51,434 nucleotides of DNA from the NCBI GenBank assembly GCA_049975405.1, contig JBNGDK010000003.1:17133-68566 (forward strand). The letters are read 5' to 3'. Numbering within the stretch: position 1 is the stretch's first letter; each line of letters starts with the position of its first letter. The stretch is from Candidatus Methanospirareceae archaeon. Its GTDB lineage: Archaea; Halobacteriota; Syntropharchaeia; Alkanophagales; Methanospirareceae. Positions 40,449 through 49,006 of this stretch are shown piece by piece. The notes beneath the pieces were generated by a model. That model was not told the DNA's origin and did not search any database. It saw nothing but the letters and a program-made list of their open reading frames with translations. The position numbers and the translations under genes are program-made.

Positions 40449-41813
40449 TCAGGTGATCTTCGGTAGATGCTCCAGCGCCTGTTTCACCAGATCAGCGGGA
40501 TATTCGTAGTCCGCGATTCTGCCGCTGAGGAATGCATCGTACGCACTCAAGTCGAAATGCCCGTGTCCGCTGTTGTTGAAGAAGATCACCTCTTCTTTCC
40601 CTTCCGCCTTGCAGCGTAGAGCCTCATCGATCACTGCTTTAACCTCGTGTGCTGATTCCGGTGCGATAATGTGTCCTTCAGTCTCAGCGAATAACTTCGC
40701 TGCCTTGAAGACCTCGGTCTGATGATACGCAGCCGCTTCGATGATGCCATCCTTGAGAAGCTTGCACAATAACGGCCCGTCACCGTGATACCGCAGCCCT
40801 CCAGCGTGAATCGGTGGTGGTATGAACGTATGCCCCAGTGTGTACATCTTCAGGATTGGTGCCATGCCTGCAGTGTCACCGTAATCGTAGAGGTAAAGCC
40901 CTTTTGTCAGCGTCGGACAGGACATAGGCTCACACGCAACGATCTTAAGGTCCGGTTTCTTACCCGCGAGCTTATCGGCTGCGAACGGGAAGGTTGCTCC
41001 GCTGAAGTTGCTGCCGCCGCCGACATTACCGCAGATGAAATCGGGGTAGTCGCCGATCTGCTCAAATGCCTGCTTCGCTTCCAATCCGATAACGGTTTGA
41101 TGGAGGCAGACATGGTTGAGCACGGAGCCAATAGCGTAGTTCACGTTATCGTGCGTCGCCGCATCTTCGACGGCCTCTGAGATCGCAATTCCAAGGCTCC
41201 CAGTCGTATCAGGAGTCTCTTCCAGCACTTTACGCCCGTATTGGGTGTTCTTGCTTGGACTGCGATAGACCTCACCATTCCAGGTCTCCATCATAATCCG
41301 CCGGTACGGTTTCTGGTCGTAACTGGCAGCAACCATGTAGACCGTGGCCTTGAGGTCGAAGAGCATAGCGCCGAATGAGAGTGCCGAGCCCCACTGGCCT
41401 GCGCCTGTCTCCGTTGCCAATCGCTCAACGCCTTCTTGCATGTTGTAATAGGCCTGCGCGACTGCGGTATTCGGCTTGTGGCTCCCGGGCGGGCTGACGC
41501 CTTCCCATTTGTAATAGATCCGTGCGGGCGTCTTCAGCTTCTGCTCGAGTCGCGTCGCCCGGAAGAGCGGCGAGGGCCTCCAGAGCCGTAACACCTCACG
41601 CACCTCATCAGGTATCGGGATCCACCGTTCCCTGGTCATCTCCTGTCGAACGATCTCCATGGGGAAGATCGGCTTGAAATCCTCGGGCTTTGCGGGCTCC
41701 ATGGTCATCGGATTGAGTGGTGGCTCCGGGATCTCTTTCATATCGGCCTGGATATTGTACCAGGCTTTCGGGATCTCTTCTTCGTCGAGTATCACCTTCT
41801 CTCGGATGTTCAT
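40449..41813 (-). CDS. trpB2: TrpB2-type tryptophan synthase beta
   Basis: [60 protein letters not shown]. Confidence 0.95.
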   Translation of the reverse strand: MNIREKVILDEEEIPKAWYNIQADMKEIPEPPLNPMTMEPAKPEDFKPIFPMEIVRQEMTRERWIPIPDEVREVLRLWRPSPLFRATRLEQKLKTPARIYYKWEGVSPPGSHKPNTAVAQAYYNMQEGVERLATETGAGQWGSALSFGAMLFDLKATVYMVAASYDQKPYRRIMMETWNGEVYRSPSKNTQYGRKVLEETPDTTGSLGIAISEAVEDAATHDNVNYAIGSVLNHVCLHQTVIGLEAKQAFEQIGDYPDFICGNVGGGSNFSGATFPFAADKLAGKKPDLKIVACEPMSCPTLTKGLYLYDYGDTAGMAPILKMYTLGHTFIPPPIHAGGLRYHGDGPLLCKLLKDGIIEAAAYHQTEVFKAAKLFAETEGHIIAPESAHEVKAVIDEALRCKAEGKEEVIFFNNSGHGHFDLSAYDAFLSGRIADYEYPADLVKQALEHLPKIT

Positions 41814-41834
41814 TTTTTCACCTCGATGCTCATC

Positions 41835-41863
41835 AATGTACGTAAGAGTATATAAATGTACGT
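41835..41863 (-). promoter_or_regulatory. trp operon promoter with TRP-box-like direct repeats
   Basis: AATGTACGT at 41835-41843 and 41855-41863 bracketing a minus-strand TTTATATA (41849-41856). Confidence 0.6.
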
Positions 41864-41874
41864 TGCCGGGGACG

Positions 41875-41901
41875 CGCTCTTCGCGCTCTGTAAGAAGAGC
41901 G
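41875..41901. other. 8-bp inverted repeat downstream of glyS
   Basis: CGCTCTTC (41875-41882) / GAAGAGCG (41894-41901); may act as a terminator or insulator. Confidence 0.3.
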
Positions 41902-41920
41902 TGGATGAGCGAACGCGACC

Positions 41921-43354
41921 TTAAATCAGCGCCGACTTTACCTCGGCTATCGGCACCCGCGCCTGTTTCATCGAATCGCGTTCCCGCACGGTCACCGTAT
42001 TATCCTCTAACGTATCGTAATCAATGGTAACGCAGTACGGCGTGCCGATCTCGTCCTGGCGGCGATATCGCTTCCCTATACTCCCGGAGGTATCGTATTC
42101 GACGAAGAAGGAAGCGTCCCGTAGCACCTCAAAAACCTCCTGCGCCTTGCTCTTCAGCTCATCCCGGTTCAACAGGGGGAACACGGCCACCTGGATTGGT
42201 GCGATCGCGCTCTTGAATCGCAGCACGCGTCTCGTTTCCTTCTCCAGCTGCTCCTCGTAAAATGCGCTCTCCAGCAACGCGTAAATGATCCGATCCAGCC
42301 CAAATGACGGCTCTATAACGTGCGGAACGACTTTACCGGTCTCGGTACGCACACGCAGGTCGATATTCAGCGATGTGGCATGCGCCGAGAGATCGTAGTC
42401 GCCTCGGTCCGCGATGCCAACGATCTCCATCCACCCATATTTCTCACTCAAGAACTCGGCATCCCAGCAATCCATGGCATAATGCGCCATCTCATCCTTC
42501 TCGTGTTGTCTGAAGTGTACCCGATCATGCGGCAGCCCGATGCTCTCAAGGAATTCAGCAACTCGCCCGATGTGATAGCCCAGATACTCATTCGCAATGA
42601 TCCCCCTGCTTACTGCGGTGCCAATACTCGTCTCGATCGGCTCGCCCTCGTTCGGCACGAACGGCAGTATCCGATTTTTGACCGCGTCAAAGCGCGGATG
42701 AACAGTCTTCTCAACGGGATCCACAAAGAGCTCCACCTCGGCCATGGTGAACTCGCGAAGCCGGATAAGGCTCTGCCGCGGCGAGATCTCGTTCCGATAC
42801 GCTTTCCCGATCTGCATGATCCCCAGCGGCAGCTTATCGCGATTGAACTTCAGCAACCGCTGGAAATTGATGAACATCCCCTGCGCCGTCTCAGGCCTCA
42901 AATACCCCTCGCTCTTCTTCTGTGCCTGCGCATCGGCGCCCTCCTTCGTCACACCAATTTGCGTCTGGAACATCAACTGGAACTCACCTGAGGGTTCCAG
43001 TTCGCCGCCGCATTCAGGGCAATTCGCACCGACGTAGATGTGCGTATCCACCCGGAAGACGCTCATGCAACGCTTGCAGACCACTGCGGGATCGGTGAAA
43101 CATTCCAGATGCCCTGAGGACTCAAATACCGGTCTCGGCGCGATCGTCGTTGTCTCAATCTCGTAAAAGCCCTCACGGCGATAAAATTCGCGCCACCTCG
43201 TCTCAACGCGCCGTTTCAATGCGGCGCCCAGAGGCCCGTAATCGTAAAAACCCGCGACACCACCGTAGATCTCAAAGGCCTGCCAGATGAACCCGCGCCG
43301 TCGAGCAAGTTCTGCGGTCTCATCCTTCTTCGTTTCTTTTTCCGCGCTCACCAT
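41921..43354 (-). CDS. glyS: Glycyl-tRNA synthetase (alpha2 type, compact)
   Basis: [58 protein letters not shown]. Confidence 0.95.
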   Translation of the reverse strand: MVSAEKETKKDETAELARRRGFIWQAFEIYGGVAGFYDYGPLGAALKRRVETRWREFYRREGFYEIETTTIAPRPVFESSGHLECFTDPAVVCKRCMSVFRVDTHIYVGANCPECGGELEPSGEFQLMFQTQIGVTKEGADAQAQKKSEGYLRPETAQGMFINFQRLLKFNRDKLPLGIMQIGKAYRNEISPRQSLIRLREFTMAEVELFVDPVEKTVHPRFDAVKNRILPFVPNEGEPIETSIGTAVSRGIIANEYLGYHIGRVAEFLESIGLPHDRVHFRQHEKDEMAHYAMDCWDAEFLSEKYGWMEIVGIADRGDYDLSAHATSLNIDLRVRTETGKVVPHVIEPSFGLDRIIYALLESAFYEEQLEKETRRVLRFKSAIAPIQVAVFPLLNRDELKSKAQEVFEVLRDASFFVEYDTSGSIGKRYRRQDEIGTPYCVTIDYDTLEDNTVTVRERDSMKQARVPIAEVKSALI

Positions 43355-43507
43355 ATCTTAACTGTCCAATTGCCCCTCTGCCTTTAAAAAGCCGTGAAGA
43401 ACTCGATATCAACGCAGAACGAAGACATGGCGGAACAGGCATGTTGGACATCGATCGAGCCGCGTTCAGAGAGCACTGCGGAGCAGCAGGTACGCGGAGA
43501 CCCGCTG

Positions 43508-43960
43508 CTATTCGCCCCGTGTGGACTGCTCGATCTGCACCCACGCCGCTTTCGCTTCACGGAGTTCCGCACCCCCCAGGAGTGCTAATTCGATCGCCTT
43601 TGCTATGTGCGTTCGCTGAGGATCGGCGGGATACGCCAGAGCTGCGGCATATGATTCGTCGAAGTATCTCAGCCCTTGCGTGAGGTGCTCGTGCATTGCG
43701 CGGAACCGTTCGGGCGCTTTCAGTTCGTTTGCATCCTGGCGAGCACGTCGTGCTGCGGCACTAGAGGTATGCACCTGGCGCGTATAGGTGCGCTCCGGGA
43801 TCTTGCCCCAGAAGAAGTCATGCAGCGCTGGCACGCCCTCGATCACTGCTGGTATCACGTTTAACAGATCGGAGCAACTCAGCAAATAGAACTTCTCGTC
43901 CTCGCTCAGCCGATATCGCGGTTCGCTCTGCTTGAACCGGGCGATAAGAACGCACATCAC
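43508..43960 (-). CDS. Hypothetical helical protein
   Basis: 150-aa ORF starting 10 nt after the CBS gene stop, same strand; no family recognised. Confidence 0.55.
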   Translation of the reverse strand: MMCVLIARFKQSEPRYRLSEDEKFYLLSCSDLLNVIPAVIEGVPALHDFFWGKIPERTYTRQVHTSSAAARRARQDANELKAPERFRAMHEHLTQGLRYFDESYAAALAYPADPQRTHIAKAIELALLGGAELREAKAAWVQIEQSTRGE

Positions 43961-43970
43961 CGCGTCTCGA

Positions 43971-44834
43971 TTAGCTCAGGATCTGCAGAAGATCGCGATC
44001 GAGGAGCATTCCGATCAATTTTCCACGGGCTGAGATCACCGGTAGCTGATCGAACCGACCCTCAGTCATCTTCTTCGCGCATGCGCTCACGCCATGATTG
44101 CGCGTCGCGGTTACCACATCCCGCACCATCACTGCCTTGACCAGCTTCTTCGGCATTCGTATCCGTGAAACGCTGTAGTACAGCGTCATATGATCTCGCA
44201 TCCCGTCCAATGACCACTCGCTCTCATCAGAACCCAGCGAGAGGTCAGAACGATCCACATGGTCCTCGATCATCGCCGCTGAGATCAAATCCTGATCGGT
44301 GATGAGCCCCACGATAGCCAGCTCGGCATTGAGGACCGGCACCGCTTTTACCTTCGCCAGCTCCATGATCCGACCGGCGACGTTCAGCGGCATCTCATCC
44401 CAGAGTGCGAGCGTCTTATCCCTTAGGAGCCCGGCAATGGGTGTCCTGTTGTCCCACGTTGCGATCGCCTTGATGAAATCCGCGACTGTAACGAGCCCGA
44501 TGAGCTTGTGCCCCTCGACCACGGGTAAGCGGCGGATGCGGCGATCCCGTATCACTTTCGCCGCGTCAGCAAGGCTGGTCTCTGGAGTGATAACCAACGG
44601 ATCGCGTGTCATCAGCAGGGCTACTTGCTCTTCATTGGGCTTCCGGAGCAGATCCTGGCGCGTAACGACGCCAACCACCTTGCTGTCTTTAACAACCGGA
44701 ACACCCGAGACAAATTTCTCCTTGAAGAGCTCCAACACATCTTCGCGCGTTCCCGGAACTGTCACGTACGCGACATCCTTTACCATGATATCGCGAACAG
44801 TCAATCGTCCACGTTCGTTCTGATTCGTGTTCAT
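43971..44834 (-). CDS. Four-CBS-domain protein
   Basis: VRDIM, SGVPVV, RRLPVV, AVPVL, QLPV repeats. Confidence 0.9.
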   Translation of the reverse strand: MNTNQNERGRLTVRDIMVKDVAYVTVPGTREDVLELFKEKFVSGVPVVKDSKVVGVVTRQDLLRKPNEEQVALLMTRDPLVITPETSLADAAKVIRDRRIRRLPVVEGHKLIGLVTVADFIKAIATWDNRTPIAGLLRDKTLALWDEMPLNVAGRIMELAKVKAVPVLNAELAIVGLITDQDLISAAMIEDHVDRSDLSLGSDESEWSLDGMRDHMTLYYSVSRIRMPKKLVKAVMVRDVVTATRNHGVSACAKKMTEGRFDQLPVISARGKLIGMLLDRDLLQILS

Positions 44835-45088
44835 TCCAAGCGATAAACCATATCGTGAGGTCGGACCTTCCCGGGCACCTTCAACCCAACTGCTTCGCCT
44901 GCGGTTGCCGTCTCCACCTTCTTGTTCTCGATCTCCATCGAATCAACCACCTGTTCAACTGCGGTCGTGGCGCCTTCAATCAGTATCCGATCTCCGACCG
45001 AGATACGATCGCTCAGCTCGACCACCGCAACGCCAATGCGCGAGAAGTAATGCGTTATCTTTCCTACGAGCTTCTTCTCGTCCATCAC
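44831..45088 (-). CDS. Small EF-Tu domain-II-like / U32 C-terminal-like beta-barrel protein
   Basis: VGKITHYFSRIGVAVVEL...VGDRI.IEG.TT...Q.V.SMEI...V..A..G..VGLKV...VR..D.VY. Confidence 0.8.
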   Translation of the reverse strand: MMDEKKLVGKITHYFSRIGVAVVELSDRISVGDRILIEGATTAVEQVVDSMEIENKKVETATAGEAVGLKVPGKVRPHDMVYRLE

Positions 45089-45110
45089 TACACCTCTTTC
45101 TAGTAGCTAG

Positions 45111-45488
45111 CTATATTAACTTGTATTTTCCCTCGTAAAGTAAAAAGGGTACCTCTTTGCCTGGTTCGATCCGGTCCATCAGCTCTTCCGCGACCTGTAT
45201 CTCAATCGTGGAGAAGTCTTCCAGATCCATGATCTGTACCGTAGAGCCCATAACAGCAAGCACCTGGCCGCTTTTTCGCTCAATAATCGGCACGTAGATC
45301 TTCGCCGTCACCGGCTGGACCGCAGTCCGTTTTTGCGAGTCGAAGACACCGATGGCCTCCATTCTCGCCTTTGCCGCGCCATGCTTCCCCGGCTTCGAGG
45401 TTGTTATGCTCATGATCGTACAGGGCTCATCATCGATAATGACATACTTCCCTTCCTTCAACATCCGTACCTCGGTCAATTCCTTCAT
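45111..45488 (-). CDS. eif5a: Translation factor aIF5A
   Basis: Hypusine loop SKPGKHGAAKAR; GKYVIIDDEPC; VQIMDLE; GGAGG SD upstream. Confidence 0.95.
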   Translation of the reverse strand: MKELTEVRMLKEGKYVIIDDEPCTIMSITTSKPGKHGAAKARMEAIGVFDSQKRTAVQPVTAKIYVPIIERKSGQVLAVMGSTVQIMDLEDFSTIEIQVAEELMDRIEPGKEVPFLLYEGKYKLI

Positions 45489-45754
45489 GATTTCGGTAAC
45501 GCCTCCTTTACCCTTTTTTCGCGCTCTTATGCCCTTCCTATACGGTGATGGCAGGGTTACAATGTATACAGTGCCCGCACTACATAAATATACGGGGCAA
45601 AAGCGAGAACGAGCCGTCCTGCCCCACCTGAGACCGGTGTGAAATCCAATATATATAAGGGACTCATCTATCTAAGTAAGCCCCGGGGCCTCCTGGGGAA
45701 GAAAGCGTGGCGCAGCGGGTGCGAGTTACCGTGACCGCAACAGCATACACCGCT

Positions 45755-45771
45755 AAAAAGCAAAGAAAGTA
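45755..45771 (-). terminator. T-rich tract after the bS22-like gene
   Basis: Minus strand reads TACTTTCTTTGCTTTTT about 32 nt past the stop codon. Confidence 0.4.
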
Positions 45772-45803
45772 CGGATCGCGAAACAGCGGCGGTTGAGCAT
45801 ATT

Positions 45804-45890
45804 TTATTTCTTATACCGCATCTTCTTCCGTCGCTTCTTCAACTTATGTTTCCGCATCTTTTGTATCTTTCGTTTCTTACCGCAGGGAAT
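45804..45890 (-). CDS. 28-aa basic bS22/mS38 (COX24/AURKAIP1)-like ribosomal microprotein with apparent ATT start
   Basis: Manual translation (ATT)PCGKKRKIQKMRKHKLKKRRKKMRYKK*; SD GGTGA 6 nt upstream; in-frame TGA three codons upstream excludes an earlier start. Confidence 0.72.
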   Translation of the reverse strand: MPCGKKRKIQKMRKHKLKKRRKKMRYKK

Positions 45891-45914
45891 TTCTCCTCAC
45901 CACCTTTCGTATCT

Positions 45915-45957
45915 TTTATGCTTTGTATAGTTAGCTTATTTAGATAAGAAGCATAAA
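45915..45957. promoter_or_regulatory. Nested inverted repeats in the divergent promoter
   Basis: TTTATGCTT (45915-45923) / AAGCATAAA (45949-45957) enclosing CTTAT-TTAG-ATAAG (45935-45948). Confidence 0.45.
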
Positions 45958-45983
45958 TATCTTTGAGACTGGAAGGAGAAGAA

Positions 45984-47123
45984 ATGGGCAGGATAGAGCG
46001 GCCACCTAGTTGGATTTTGAAGTATAAAGAGGGGATAGAGGCTGGCACGATTACTGTTGAACAGATCCTTGAGGAGGAGAACAAGCTTCGAAAAACACCT
46101 ATTAAAGTATCCTCGGTCACGAGGGCGATCAATGCCCTGGGGCTTCCGATTACGGGCTTGCGAAGGCGAACGCAAGGCCAAGCGAACAGTAGCGATGCTG
46201 CCGCGGAAACGGACGATGAGCTGAGTGCAGTCGAAAAGCCTCCCGCATGGATACAGAAGTACCGTGATCGAATCGAGAAGGGCACACTTACCGCTGAGCA
46301 AATTCTCGAAGAAGAGAACGAGCGGCGGACTGTGCCGATCAAGATAACGACGGTGAAACGGGTAATGAATGCTATGGCACGTACAGTTGAAGGAATGCAG
46401 AACGAAGAGCGCGATGAATTAGAAGTGGCGAATGAGACCTCTGAACGAGGAGATACCTCCACAGCGGGACAGAAGGGCCCTGGTTGGCTCCAGAAGTACC
46501 GTGACCGGATAGAGGCCGGTACGATTACGGTCGATGAGATACTCGCCGAGGAGAACAAAAGCCGTGAGACCCCGATCAAACGTTCTTCAGTAACACGGGC
46601 GATCAATGCTCTGGGTTACCAGACGGGTCAGCTGCAACGGAAGGCAGCGAAAGAGGCAGTAGCGAGCACGGAGGAGCACCGCGAAGAGCAGAGCACCAAA
46701 GCAGCGAGCGAAGAGAAAGGACCGGGCTGGCTCCAGAAGTACCGTGACCGAATAGAAGCCGGGACGATTACGGTCGATGAGATACTCGCCGAGGAGAATA
46801 AAAGCCGCGAGACTCCGATCAAACGCTCCTCGGTGACACGGGCGATCAATGCTATGGGCTTCACCATCGCGGGCATGCGCCGTGGGAAGCGAGAAGCGGC
46901 GAAGGTTGCGGAAGAGCCGGTGAAAAAAGCGGCGAAAGCGGAAGCATTCGTTTATAGCTCCAGCCTGGGGAAGCTCTCGGAGCCGACGCTCAAGCGATTC
47001 ACTGAGGTGAAAAAGAGCTGGGAAGAGGACTTAGGGAAACCGTTGCAGAACGACTATTTCCTCAATATGCTTCTTGCGTTGGCCAGGCTCGCCGAGCGCG
47101 GGAAGACGCTTACGTCACGGTAG
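45984..47123 (+). CDS. Uncharacterised protein with four tandem ~48-aa HTH-like repeats and an RHH-like C-terminus
   Basis: ATG 45984 after AAGGAG; repeat consensus P.W..KY...IE.GT.T...IL.EEN..R..PIK...V.R..NA. Confidence 0.85.
   Translation: MGRIERPPSWILKYKEGIEAGTITVEQILEEENKLRKTPIKVSSVTRAINALGLPITGLRRRTQGQANSSDAAAETDDELSAVEKPPAWIQKYRDRIEKGTLTAEQILEEENERRTVPIKITTVKRVMNAMARTVEGMQNEERDELEVANETSERGDTSTAGQKGPGWLQKYRDRIEAGTITVDEILAEENKSRETPIKRSSVTRAINALGYQTGQLQRKAAKEAVASTEEHREEQSTKAASEEKGPGWLQKYRDRIEAGTITVDEILAEENKSRETPIKRSSVTRAINAMGFTIAGMRRGKREAAKVAEEPVKKAAKAEAFVYSSSLGKLSEPTLKRFTEVKKSWEEDLGKPLQNDYFLNMLLALARLAERGKTLTSR
45999..46859 (+). repeat. Four intragenic 144-nt repeat units
   Basis: Units at 45999-46142, 46236-46379, 46473-46616 and 46716-46859; spacing 237, 237 and 243 nt. 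Confidence 0.9.
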
Positions 47124-47139
47124 CGCTAACGTAACACGG

Positions 47140-48063
47140 ATGAGAATTCTGGTCGCTGAGTACGCAGTCGGCGGAGGTGCCGGAAAGGACTCTTCGTTGT
47201 TGCAGGAAGGGAGAGCAATGCTCGCTACGCTCAGGCGGAGCTTTGAGCGGTTAGGACACGAAGTTGTTTTTCCGGCGTTCGAGCAGGATTTTATGGCGGC
47301 GGTGGAGCGACTTGCGGCGCACTGTGACGCGGGCATCGTTATCGCGCCAGACGTTGAGCTCGCCAGACTAACGCGTGTTCTGGAATCAAACACGGTCAAT
47401 TTAGGCTGCCCTTCTGATTTTGTCGCCATATGCGCCGATAAGCTCAGAACCACTGAGCTGTTGCGTGCGGCAGGGATAGTGGTGCCGAAGATGCTCACCG
47501 CGCACGACGTGGAGCGGTTCGACACGCGATCGCGAGCATACATCAGCAAGCCGCGCTTTGGGTGCGCATCCGAGAACGTCATCGTGCTGAACGAAGAGCA
47601 GCGAGATGAATTGTGCAGTCAGTACGATGATCCCGATTGCTTTATCTCGGAATTCATCCAGGGCGATGATCTGAGCTGTAGTCTCATCGCCAGCAGATCC
47701 TCGATCCTCCCGCTTACCATTAACAAGCAATATATCCGGTTGGAGCATGGGCGTCTAAAGTACTGCGGCGGGTATGTACCGTACGTGCTCGATGAGCTGA
47801 TCGCGCAGACGATTCAGCAGATCAGTGTGTCGGTGGTCACGAGGCTGGGTGGTACGGGCTACGTGGGGATCGATTTCGTGGTGGATGAGGGCGGAGCCGC
47901 GTACGTTGTAGATGTCAATCCGCGACCCACAACCTCCATCATCGGAATCGCTCGGGTCCTAAATTATGAAGTGGCAGACTTACTCATCCGCGCGAAATTT
48001 GGCACGCTCCCTACCGCAGCCGAGCTCAAAACCGAAGGTACCTTTGAGTTCAAGCTTTCTTAA
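47140..48063 (+). CDS. mfnD: ATP-grasp ligase, tyramine-glutamate ligase-like (methanofuran biosynthesis)
   Basis: MRILVAEYA...EG.AML..L, VIAPD, NLGC, CADK, KPRFGC, INKQ, Y.GG, GYVGIDF, DVNPRPTTS. Confidence 0.8.
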   Translation: MRILVAEYAVGGGAGKDSSLLQEGRAMLATLRRSFERLGHEVVFPAFEQDFMAAVERLAAHCDAGIVIAPDVELARLTRVLESNTVNLGCPSDFVAICADKLRTTELLRAAGIVVPKMLTAHDVERFDTRSRAYISKPRFGCASENVIVLNEEQRDELCSQYDDPDCFISEFIQGDDLSCSLIASRSSILPLTINKQYIRLEHGRLKYCGGYVPYVLDELIAQTIQQISVSVVTRLGGTGYVGIDFVVDEGGAAYVVDVNPRPTTSIIGIARVLNYEVADLLIRAKFGTLPTAAELKTEGTFEFKLS

Positions 48064-48131
48064 CTTGAAGGCTGATTTGTAGATCAACTTCCTATCAGCA
48101 TCCCAGACGGGGAAGCGAGCGAGAACAAATT

Positions 48132-48563
48132 ATGCGCAGGGGCGGAAAACAGGTGGAGATCGCACGTGAGACGCTGGACTTCATACTGGCGGTGAGCAAA
48201 TCGAGTCATCCCCATGAATTCTTCGGGCTGCTCTGCGCCGAGAATGCTCTTATTACTACGGTCGTTTTCCTGCCCGGCACGATCTCCTCTGAGACGCGCG
48301 CGGTGGTACGGCGGGAGATGATACCCGTGGGTCTGCGCAGGGTGGGATCGGTGCACAGCCACCCGCAGGTGGGATCCTTGCGACCCTCGGGACAGGATCT
48401 GAAGATCTTCCCGCGCTTCGGCGAGTGTCACATTATCACCTGCTACCCGTATGAAGATCAGGATTGGAGCTGTTATGACGCACGCGGCGACGCGCAGGAA
48501 CTCAGGGTACGCATAGATGCGGCGGATGAGCTGGCAGAAACAGGAGAGGATGAGTTATGGTAA
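48132..48563 (+). CDS. JAB/MPN+ (JAMM) metalloprotease
   Basis: HPHEF.GLL...GSVHSHP.....PS.QD: E-HxH-S-D JAMM motif. Confidence 0.9.
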   Translation: MRRGGKQVEIARETLDFILAVSKSSHPHEFFGLLCAENALITTVVFLPGTISSETRAVVRREMIPVGLRRVGSVHSHPQVGSLRPSGQDLKIFPRFGECHIITCYPYEDQDWSCYDARGDAQELRVRIDAADELAETGEDELW

Positions 48564-49006
48564 GGGTGTTGGCGACCGGGACCTTTGAGATCCTGCATCC
48601 CGGGCATCTGCTGTTCCTGGAAGAGGCGAAGAAGTTAGGCGATGAGCTCTACGTCATTGTGGCACGAGACTCGACGGTGAAGCAGCGCAAGCGAACACCG
48701 ATCATACCGGAAGAGCAGCGTGTGCAGATGGTGGCCGCGTTAAAAATGGTGGACAAAGCGCTACTCGGGAGCGAAACCGATATGTATGAACCTTTATATA
48801 GTATCGAACCGGATATACTAGCATTAGGGTACGATCAGAAATTCGACGAGGCGCAACTGGAACGAGAGCTCAGAGATCGCGGTTTTCACGCTACGGTTGT
48901 TCGGATAGCCAAGCACGATTCACGGGCCTTTTGTAAGGCTGAAGAGATAATAAGAAGGATAGTAGCGTTTGAGGAGGCAGGAAGATGGAAGAAGGGCGGG
49001 GATTGA
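48557..49006 (+). CDS. ribL: Archaeal FAD synthase / cytidylyltransferase family
   Basis: [35 protein letters not shown]-terminal Cys. Confidence 0.82.
   Translation: MVRVLATGTFEILHPGHLLFLEEAKKLGDELYVIVARDSTVKQRKRTPIIPEEQRVQMVAALKMVDKALLGSETDMYEPLYSIEPDILALGYDQKFDEAQLERELRDRGFHATVVRIAKHDSRAFCKAEEIIRRIVAFEEAGRWKKGGD

Noticed and set aside
45543-45585. Fluoride riboswitch (GGTGATGG)
   Set aside because: No complementary closing strand or downstream conserved segment, wrong strand for aIF5A, and no crcB gene.
45839-46606. 255-aa minus-strand ORF and 82-aa ORF at 46628-46876
   Set aside because: Antisense shadows of the repeat protein; synonymous-biased divergence fits the plus-strand frame.
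45999-46859. CRISPR array or DGR template/variable repeat pair
   Set aside because: Units are 144 nt, in frame and coding; differences are third-position and not adenine-specific; no cas or reverse transcriptase gene.
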